The position numbers and the translations under genes are program-made. The notes beneath the pieces were generated by a model. That model did not search any database. It saw only the letters and a list, made by a program, of their open reading frames with translations, and was not told the DNA's origin. 59,510 nt of DNA from Rhynchobatus australiae (taxonomy: Eukaryota): NCBI GenBank assembly GCA_034780895.1, contig JAUZTB010000001.1, forward strand, positions 52,933,880 through 52,993,389. Direction: 5' to 3'. Shown here in pieces: positions 49,516 to 59,510 of this stretch. Position 1 is the stretch's first letter, and every line of letters starts with the position of its first letter.

Positions 49516-51760
49516 TTCAACTTCGCTCGTGTGTTTATATCGCCTGTTTATTCCAATGAACGATAGCCGAAACAATTCACACAAAGCATGGTGTGTCGAT
49601 CGCCTTTTCTCGCATTCAGCTAGTTGTTACGACTCAGAACGCCAGATCTCACGATTCCCTGCTGCTAGGCGTAATATGTAGTAGTTTTTGTTACCAATTT
49701 TCTACAGCTTTCGCTCAACGTCTATCCCAATTGTGACTGATTCGCTCTCACACACGCACTCTCACTCTCTCTCCCTACAGTAAATATGAGATGGTTCAGT
49801 CTTCTGAAAGTTTGACCTCGTTTAGTGGACGATTGCGATAAACAGTTGGGCATTATTCGAACACTCCCCTAATTTTTGCCATCATCTTTCAGTTTGGTCT
49901 AACAAAATCGAATTAAAGCACATGAAAGTGGAAAGAAGACAACTATTCACTGTTTCTAATTGTGAGTGTTTCAAGCAAACTTTGACCGGGTATATTTGGC
50001 GCGCTTTAATGCAGTTGACTTGGAGGACATTAAAGCTTCAGATAGTTACTATTCTAAAAGAAAGGTAAACTTAGTTTTATTCAGCGCTTCCACTTCTTTA
50101 GAACGAGTAGCTGTTGATTCCGGCATTCGCTTACACAGGAAATAAAAAAAAACTATTTCAATATGTGACATCTAAAACACAACACAAGCTATTATGTGCA
50201 TTATGGCGGAACAACACGATCCTGAGATATTAAACTCAAGTTCCCGCAATAATCTTGTGTCTAAGTAGTTCTTGAAATATCACAACATTTTAAAATGTTT
50301 TCTTTTATCTGAAATGTAGATGAATGACAGCTAATGCTCACGTGCATTTCCCCCATACAGACGCATTGAGTGTGGAAATGATAACATGTGCAACTGAAGC
50401 AAAATTCTCCACAGCTCTCCGGATTGTGTATCCATCGTGTAAGAAAACTGCTCAAGTTAGGAGTCAAACATTAAGTGTTGTCAAACAGCTGTGCTGTTAT
50501 ACTTTTGGTTCCGAACATATCGATCGGAACAATTTAAAGGCCACAATATGCTCCGCAAAGCTGCTCATCTGGTAACAAACTTATACCTCCTGTAAAGTCC
50601 GAATGCAACACTACACACGCCGTTATTATAGAATCGTCAATTTTACATGCAGTAAAATAGCCTGAAAAGCCGACGCTCTTCTCTCTCATTCATAATCAAT
50701 CGCTTTTCTTGTCAACTTTTTAGATTATACTAAAAGCAGCTCTAAAGAATGCATGTTAAGAAAGGCGAAACGTTTCGACGTTCACTTAAAAGGCCGTGCC
50801 ATTTTAAAAACACAAGGTTGTTAAATACCATTTAAAATGCCGTTTACTTGCAGGAGCTGTGTGCGCTTTCGTAGTTTCAAACGGTGTGTTCACTCCCGCA
50901 CGTAATTGCAATTAGTCTGAAACTGGAATATGTAACAAAGTTATTAATGTAATTCGATTTGTTGGCACTGCGCCGCCACATTTGCTAAAGAAATCCGAAA
51001 AGTGTGGGTTGGATATAACACGAGCACAGGCGTAAATTACATTTTAGTACAGAATTAAAAGGAAAGACGATTCGAAGAAGTCACCACACAATTATAACCG
51101 GTTATTTCTCCACGGGCTTCTCTTTTCCGCTGCAAAAATACCACGTGCTCCAATGTAAGAATGGATGAAAAGGTTACGCATGTATTTGTTCTGTGCATCT
51201 CACTGACCGCATCCATGGATATTACCCTCCACACTGCTTTGAATATATGCCAATAAGCAAAGTAAAATACTTCCATAATCTTCCCTTTTAAAATTCTTTA
51301 GGTTTAGGCTAAATATTATAGCAGCATTTTGTAAGTGAATGCCGCAAATTAACTCTGATTTGGGAAATATAAACTACTTTTGACTTTAGTCGTGGTTGAA
51401 AGGGAAGGGAAAAATTCCCGATGCATTACTTATAATTATTCATCGTTCTGCATTTTACTGCCCAACAGAATCTGTGATCCGAATGCTGTTTCGTATTCTG
51501 GCGGAACTCCGTTCTGCTACTGCTGCCCTAGCCGAACGGTTATTCGCTGATGATTATTTTGTATACTGGTGGTCTCGAAAAATATATTTCACAAATTGAA
51601 ACTTATGCCTCGAATGGAATTATAGATGCAAGTACGTGATAGGACCATGGCTAATACGTCCATCTGCTGGCAATTGGGCGAACTACATCATTTATTAAAC
51701 GTGACCAGTTTCTGCAGGGTTTGTTAAGTGAGATCTATCATAACACAATCAATATGAATA

Positions 51761-52368
51761 GCGATCACCAACATTATTTGTTGGTGGAATCTGCTTCAAA
51801 CATGGGGCGAACACTCAGATCTTATAAAGGTTGATTGAAAGAAGCAAAAAGAAACATTGGCTGGAACTCCCATCCCTGTTAGTCTATTGGGATAGTTAAT
51901 GATATATTTCCAGTGACGATATTTTAGAAAACTGTAAACTTACAACAAATAGGCAAATTCCCAGAAGAAGTAATTATTAAAGTCAAGTTTGATTGAGTTC
52001 CCGGTGCCAATACTACAGATTTATTTTTATTAATTTATAATTTCATGCTGGGATAGCATAACTTTTTAATAGACATAGTTTAAAAGCTTAGATGGATGGA
52101 CTAGAGTTAAGTGCACCATCTATCACTGAGTTTTCTTTATAACTAATTACTACAGATTCACACTTTGTAACACGCCACTTAGCATTAAAAAGTGCCCACC
52201 TTACCTGAAATCTTTTTATTGCAATCACCAACGCTATTTATAGATGGAATCTGCTTCAAACATGGGGCGAATACAAAGATTGATTGAAAGAAGCAAAAAA
52301 AAAACAGTACATTGGTTGGAGCTCCCGTCTCCGTTAGTCGATTGGGGTAGTTAATGATATATTTCCAG
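51761..52368. repeat. Dispersed direct duplication of about 150 bp (51761-51913 and 52221-52368)
   Basis: Both copies share 'atcaccaac', 'ggaatctgcttcaaacatggggcgaa', 'ttgattgaaagaagcaaaaa' and 'tagttaatgatatatttccag', with indels between. Confidence 0.9.
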
Positions 52369-53394
52369 CACATTTGCGACTTTGGTGCAAATTGAGTAAA
52401 CGGATTGTTTATATCCTTCGCACATGTCGTTTATTCGAGATGCATAGATTAGTAATGGTATAATCTGCCAATTGTTTAACTTTGGTAAAGGCAGAATTAA
52501 AGTAGTTTTTGGGGAAAATATATCAATGAAGAAAATATAAATTGTGAAATACAAGTCGTTTCCATTATACTGAAATTGACTCATCGCATCAAATATTACA
52601 ATGAGTAAAACGTTTCAGAGAATTCGAACACAAATAGTGACTCATTATGATCTGGAATAATGCTTACGTATTATTGCTTTTCATCTTTATTATTTACTAT
52701 GTGGACTATTATCTCTAAGAATAGAGTCCTTTTCATGCGAACATATATGGCGAATCGCTTGAGCTTGAATTTTTATTTTCTCTATTATTATTAGTGAAAT
52801 CAAGAAATATATAAGAAACAGTGTTTCAGCGCAGGTATTTTATTACAATTACATGAAATGATTTGAGAAAGATTGTGTCATTCCCTGTTTAGAGAAACTT
52901 GTTTTTCTCCGAATACTTCTTTAGACGCCTTATCAGAACATTGACTTGAATTCGAAGTAATAAATCAGGTCCATGCTCTGAGTGGAATCATACCTGCATA
53001 TAGCGCATAATAAACCTACAACTTGCAGTGTTGCAGGACTACTTACACTCATTTCCATCCATCCTGGGCTATCCTCAAAACCAGTTCCGTCTTAAACACC
53101 ACAATAGAACCCTGACACTCAAGCATGAAATGATCATTAAACACTAATATTATTTCAGAATTGATTTATACATGCAGGGCAAGAAACTTTTATTCAGGTA
53201 ACTTTGTGTCTCGAGGGCAATAGGAAACAAAAAAGATAAATCAGGATATTATCATGAAATTAATATATAAATATATTACAATTCAATATAGGGTTGTTAA
53301 TTAGTTTCATAACAATTATCCTAATAATGTAATGAATCAGAATGTCATTACCTGAAATCTAAATAAAACTGATGATTAAGATTTTCAAAAGAGG

Positions 53395-54990
53395 CCGAGA
53401 CCATCATTTCCCAGACCTTCTTTGCAAATGCACAGTCCACAACACGGTGGGTGATCATTTCATCCTCATCGTAGCCTTCCCGAGGACAGTGTTTTGGGAA
53501 TGACTCTGCAGGAAGGATCTAACATGAAGGATTCCTCTCACTGCCAGTCAAGCGAGGTCCTGGTACTTGTTGGTGAGCTCCGGTGATGAGGTAGTCTGCC
53601 AAATGGTTTTAACAGTCTGCTGAGGGAACCATCCCACAGGATCCATTATGTCCTCCTGCAGGCCCTGCAGGGTGTTCTGTGCTGATCGCTGCCTATTGAT
53701 CTTGTAATCAAAGGCATTTTTCTGAAAGAACTTCTCTGCAAAGGACAGGTAGTGTCGCAAGATCCAACTGAACGGCATATTGCATGGCAATGAGGCTAGG
53801 CCCATCCTTTGCAACACCAGGGACAGGTAGAATCTCAGCAGGGAGTGACACTTTGTACTTGCACAATTCAGTTCTATGCACAGCTTGATGCAGCCACACA
53901 CAAAGGTGGCCATGAGGTCAAGAGTGATGTTTGGTCTGTACTTGATGTCTGGGGATGCATATCATGACCTATTGGATATGCTGCACCTTAGATCCCCAAT
54001 TGATGTGGAAAATGGTTCGGGTGACTGGAAAATGGTTCGGAAGCCGGGTATGGGCCACACCTGTGCCAAGTACAGCAATATCGAGAGGACCTCACACCTG
54101 ATGCCCAAATGCCTGCCAGTCATGGAGAGTGAGTGCCACTCCCTCCCATGGACCCAATTTTCCTTTAACCTTACCTATCTCCTCCAGACAACTTTTGTTA
54201 CCTTGACCCCTCTGAACCAGGTCCTCGGCACCTTCAGGTAGTCAGACTTGACAGTGAAGGGGTTGGTGGACCGGTCGGGCCAGCTGCCGATGTGCATGGT
54301 CTCGTTCTTCACATGGTTGACTCTGACTTCTGATGCCAAACTGGTCACAGATGCTGCTCAATCAATTCAGACTGACCTTGGATTTTGTAGAAGACAGCAA
54401 CGTCATCCATGTACAGGGTGGCTTTTATCCGAGTGTCCCCACTGCCTGACATCATTGCCCTTCTTATACCTGCGTCTTTCTTGATGGATTTGGCAAAGGG
54501 TTCTATGCAGTTCACAGACATGATAGGGGAGAGTGGGCAACCCTGCCTTACTCCAGATTTGGAACTTATCTGTTTCTCACCCATTGATTTGAACTGCACT
54601 CTGGAGATCTGGGTGGAGCAGTTGGATCGAATTCCTGATTCTCCCCTCAAAGCCCGTTTTTGGAGTGCATGTTCATCAAATACCTGTGTGATATCTTGTC
54701 AAAGGCCTTATCCTTGTCTCAGCTGACCAGGCAAGTGTCACCCTCCTGTCCGGCATCTAGGCAATGGTATCCCTGAGCAGTGCAAGGGTGTCAGAGATTT
54801 TCTTGCTGCTTACAGCACAAGTTTAGTCTAGGTGGATCACCTGCCCCAGAGCAGACTTAATCTGATTGGCAAACACCTTGGACAGGATCTTGTATTCCAC
54901 ACTCAACAGGGATATGGGTCTCTCTGTCTTCTTCTGCGTCTGCTTGTAGATGAGAGTGATGACAGCCATCCTTTATGGATTCTGACATGC
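53395..54990 (-). mobile_element. Tx1/L1-clade LINE ORF2 remnant (RT)
   Basis: ORF 54345-54650(-) 'SGVRQGCPLSP...CIEPFAKSIKKD...LYMDDVAVF' carries the RT motifs GVRQGCPLSP and YMDD; frameshifted downstream segments. Confidence 0.9.
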
Positions 54991-55427
54991 TTCCAGCCCT
55001 TTAATCGAGATTGTTATCCACAAAGAATTAACATGGTCTAGGAACATACAAAACTATCATGCATCATGAAACATGGGATTACTAGTTTTCTACATAGTAA
55101 CAACAACTTGCAAGTTGTATTAGAGTATCCCTGTTACAACATGAAAAAAGATTGATTAGGATATTGCAATTGAAATCTCTGTACTGAAGGATGAAAACAG
55201 AATAGTAGGCTATAGAAATAATGAGAACTGGTGCAATCAAATTCAGAAGTACCTGTATCCTCTTGTAGCTGGGTATTAAGCTCCAGGTAAATAAATATAA
55301 TTATCAGCTTTACATTAGTGGAAGTACACACATCTATGTTAGTAGATTGTGGTTTCAAACCATACTCCTTCAGTAACTGAGCACATCATCAAGGCTGACA
55401 CTTCAGTACAGTTTTGAGAGGGTACTG

Positions 55428-55605
55428 AACATAGAACATTACAGCACAGTACAGGCCCTTTGGCCCACAATATTGTGCCAACATTTTATCCTGATCTAAT
55501 ATCTATCTAACCCTTCCCTCCCACATAGCCTCCCATTTCTCTATCATTCATGTGTCTATCTAAGAGTCTCTTAAATGTCCCTAATGTATCTGCCCCCACA
55601 ACCTC
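55428..55605 (-). mobile_element. CR1 LINE 3' end
   Basis: 'EVVGADTLGTFKRLLDRHMN' CR1 C-terminus, 3'UTR and gttctat-repeat tail; continues into a gap. Confidence 0.88.
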
Positions 55606-58346
55606 NNNNNNNNNNNNNNNNNNNNNNNNNNNNNNNNNNNNNNNNNNNNNNNNNNNNNNNNNNNNNNNNNNNNNNNNNNNNNNNNNNNNNNNNNNNNNNN
55701 NNNNNNNNNNNNNNNNNNNNNNNNNNNNNNNNNNNNNNNNNNNNNNNNNNNNNNNNNNNNNNNNNNNNNNNNNNNNNNNNNNNNNNNNNNNNNNNNNNNN
55801 NNNNNNNNNNNNNNNNNNNNNNNNNNNNNNNNNNNNNNNNNNNNNNNNNNNNNNNNNNNNNNNNNNNNNNNNNNNNNNNNNNNNNNNNNNNNNNNNNNNN
55901 NNNNNNNNNNNNNNNNNNNNNNNNNNNNNNNNNNNNNNNNNNNNNNNNNNNNNNNNNNNNNNNNNNNNNNNNNNNNNNAAGGTTGTGATGTTACTTAAAT
56001 TCTGACCATAAATAGTAGGAAAGCGAAGAGTCAAAATAAGATGTGTTAAATAGCCAGGCAGTTTGCGGCTTGAAAGACATTTAGGACTAACTGTGGATAG
56101 ATCCAGAAGGCCAGCAACTTGGAACTTGATTGCAGTAAAATGGCAAATGGAATCTTAGATTGTGTTGGTGGGAGATGGTACACAAATCAGAAAAGATTAT
56201 GGCATTACTTCATAAAACATTGGTCAGATTATACCTGGTTCTGGCTGAAGCTTTGATCAGCAAATCATACAAAAGATTTTTCTGCTCTTTTTGGGTACAA
56301 ATCAAGGAACCAAAATCCTCTACGAACCCACCAAATGAGCTGAAGAAATCCAGCTTGTCTATTTTGCGTGTGAGGCTTAAAATGCTTATTAAATTCATGA
56401 AAGTTATTAAAAGGATAAAGGAAATTGATCACATGAATTGCTGTTGCAAAGGCTTCAAATGTCAATGACACAAGGTAAAATAGAAATGCTCAAGGAATAG
56501 TAGGGAAATTGCTGGATGAAACACTAAAAACCAGTTCAGGACAAAGAATTTCTCATTATCATTCAAGAAGTGATTAAAGTATATGATATAAAGGTAGTAA
56601 TGGACAAGATATAAAACAAAGAATGAAAGTCAGACTTAATAGCCTTTGAAGCCATCGAGAAATATTAAATTTTATCCTCAGTCTATATCTGTACATAATG
56701 AGAGTTTTATTCAGCCTGTCACTGAAGAAATTGCCAAGCATAAAATTAATTATTTTTGTTAGCAGTCAGCCCTCTTGAATACTGTATATAAAATTATTAG
56801 TTTTATTGATTGTGCACTGAAATTATCAAAGTGTGTGATCATAATTAAATGCGTAGTTAACCATTTATTTATTTTGAGTATATTTTTAAAGATCATCAAT
56901 ATCCTCATCCCCACTCCTCCTACAAAATGTTGTGATTATTATTCAGGTTATGGTTCCTCTGGTACTAATGCTTGCCTGTCAGCAGTGGCAGGTACATGCA
57001 TTACAGTACTCTGCATATTAATTTTACTTGTTGCTCAGCTGTCCAAATTTCTAGTAAGGTTGTGGTGGTGTTGGGGTTAGTGGGATGATGCAGCAAGGAA
57101 GGTGGAGGATTGGTACTTGATACTCATATGGTAGGAAGATTGCCCATTGTTGTCTTTTGCAATCAGAATCTCTTATAAATGTCAATTACAAACCTCAGGT
57201 AATTAATTCAGCTGATGGTGTAGTTCATGAAAGGCTGCACTTCTGATATGAAATCTTTTTGATCCTTCTGATATACACAATACTTACATTTTGCATTCAA
57301 TTAGTATTAGACCGCAAACTGGAAAGTAAGATAGTGAAAAAAAAGTAGACACTGGTAGTTGTAAACAGTTCTTTGGGCTTCTCCTGTTTTGAATTTCATG
57401 AACTTGATTGTTTGTGAAGGTTTGTTCTCAGTGCTAGCCTTTCATTGGTGCAAAAATTGTAAATTTACCCTACAAGACAGTAAATTGACTTTGTCTATTG
57501 GTGATGGTGGTTCAACTAGGTATTAATATCCCACAACACTGTTTTGAAGAGGAACTGGGAGATCATCGGGAGCCATTTATTTCATTTCATTACNNNNNNN
57601 NNNNNNNNNNNNNNNNNNNNNNNNNNNNNNNNNNNNNNNNNNNNNNNNNNNNNNNNNNNNNNNNNNNNNNNNNNNNNNNNNNNNNNNNNNNNNNNNNNNN
57701 NNNNNNNNNNNNNNNNNNNNNNNNNNNNNNNNNNNNNNNNNNNNNNNNNNNNNNNNNNNNNNNNNNNNNNNNNNNNNNNNNNNNNNNNNNNNNNNNNNNN
57801 NNNNNNNNNNNNNNNNNNNNNNNNNNNNNNNNNNNNNNNNNNNNNNNNNNNNNNNNNNNNNNNNNNNNNNNNNNNNNNNNNNNNNNNNNNNNNNNNNNNN
57901 NNNNNNNNNNNNNNNNNNNNNNNNNNNNNNNNNNNNNNNNNNNNNNNNNNNNNNNNNNNNNNNNNNNNNNNNNNNNNNNNNNNNNNNNNNNNNNNNNNNN
58001 NNNNNNNNNNNNNNNNNNNNNNNNNNNNNNNNNNNNNNNNNNNNNNNNNNNNNNNNNNNNNNNNNNNNNNNNNNNNNNNNNNNNNNNNNNNNNNNNNNNN
58101 NNNNNNNNNNNNNNNNNNNNNNNNNNNNNNNNNNNNNNNNNNNNNNNNNNNNNNNNNNNNNNNNNNNNNNNNNNNNNNNNNNNNNNNNNNNNNNNNNNNN
58201 NNNNNNNNNNNNNNNNNNNNNNNNNNNNNNNNNNNNNNNNNNNNNNNNNNNNNNNNNNNNNNNNNNNNNNNNNNNNNNNNNNNNNNNNNNNNNNNNNNNN
58301 NNNNNNNNNNNNNNNNNNNNNNNNNNNNNNNNNNNNNNNNNNNNNA

Positions 58347-58457
58347 GGGATATGTGGGAGGAAAGGGTTAGTGTGAGGTGTGGTTTGATGGGTGGTACAA
58401 CATGGTGGGCCGAAGGACCTGTATTGTGCTGTATTTTTCTATGGTTCTATGGTTCTA
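58347..58457 (+). mobile_element. CR1 LINE 3' end
   Basis: 'ggtgggccgaaggacctgtattgtgctgta' followed by (ttctatgg)n tail; the body is probably in the preceding gap. Confidence 0.85.
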
Positions 58458-59329
58458 ATATCACATCTTAAGTTACTTGTTGCCAGTAGACACCTGCTTT
58501 ACTGACCTCATGAAAACTGCAGTTATATAGGGGTAGACATTTACAATGAAAACTGTATAACCTCTGGAATCATTAGAAATGCAAAGAATTATTCCAGGCT
58601 TTATAGAAGCAGCATCACATACAGTTAGACCTATAACAGGATCCACAAGAACCATCAGGGACAAATTCTTGCCTTGAATTTACACATTGTACAACACTGA
58701 AAGGCACAATCAAAGTTTCAAGACAAAATTTAGTATACTAATAAAGTTCTGGTGTAGAGCTGAACGCATTGACGAGATCAGTGAAATGAACCAAGAACAC
58801 TGAGGAACTTGCGGTCACATAACTTAGCAGATATGCAAGAATTCAGGGTGGGATTTGTGACAAAAAGCATTTTCGTTTGGATGCAACAATTCACCAAAAC
58901 TAAAAGTCACAATGCTGGACTACTGTGTGACTTCAAAAAGCAAAGCAGACTCCACGTGGGTACTATAATAGAACAGAATTGTAGCAGACATCACTTTCCT
59001 ATGTCCCTACCTTCTCAGAAAACCTATTTGAATACTTGTGGGCATTTTACGAATAATCATATTAGCCACAGTTATGAAAGGATTGCACAATAGTACAATG
59101 CTCCAGGCCTTAAAAGACTTTTGGCTGCTTAAAGGGGCTGGAGTATCTAAGCACTGAGGGAGCCCGTGAAGTGAACAGCTCCAGCGGGAACGGTTCTTGT
59201 GCAAATCCATGATTTGTAACGTAGGAGTGTAAAAGAAAATAAATTGATGGAATTGATATGAAGCAATCCTTCAGCATGCTCGAAAACTGGATTGTTTGCT
59301 TAGGAGATTTAGTGACATTGTCACTGAGT

Positions 59330-59510
59330 AGTTAGTGACTCAGTATAAGGAACAGTATAAAGCTGCAATTAGAAATGCATAGATTAATTAGCCACAGTCA
59401 GCACTGATTAATAAAAGGAAGATACTTTCTGAATAACTTTGATTTTTTTTGGGAAGCTAACAAGGAGGGTCAATGGGAAGAATGTGTTGATGTAGTCTAC
59501 AGGGACCTTA
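59330..59510 (+). mobile_element. CR1 RT fragment, cut by the window edge
   Basis: Degenerate SQHxxxKGRxxLxxLxxFF...VDVVY motifs. Confidence 0.6.

Overview
AT-rich, gapped vertebrate genomic DNA. The repeat content (tRNA-derived V-SINEs of HE1 type, CR1/L2 LINEs, Penelope-derived tails) points to an elasmobranch, probably a batoid; this is an inference. The one clear protein-coding gene is a three-exon myostatin (MSTN/GDF8) on the minus strand: exon 1 49271-48866, exon 2 47368 to about 46995 with its end hidden in an N-gap, and exon 3 43824-43444. It has a recognisable vertebrate MSTN core promoter and a 3'UTR of about 1 kb. The encoded ligand is a GDF8/GDF11 mosaic. Most of 1-20 kb, 33.8-39.6 kb and 53.4-59.5 kb is decayed transposon debris (CR1, L2, L1/Tx1, Gypsy, Harbinger, Penelope, SINEs). 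The most notable non-routine signals are: the mosaic ligand; an orphan CpG island with clustered CTCF-like motifs and a strong splice donor about 2-2.5 kb past the MSTN poly(A) signal; a speculative unannotated spliced minus-strand transcript or small ORF; hammerhead-like, Penelope-derived palindromic elements; and several local duplications. I see no prokaryotic-type system (CRISPR, operon), and I cannot claim a confirmed novel system from sequence alone. All family assignments come from recalled motifs, not database searches.
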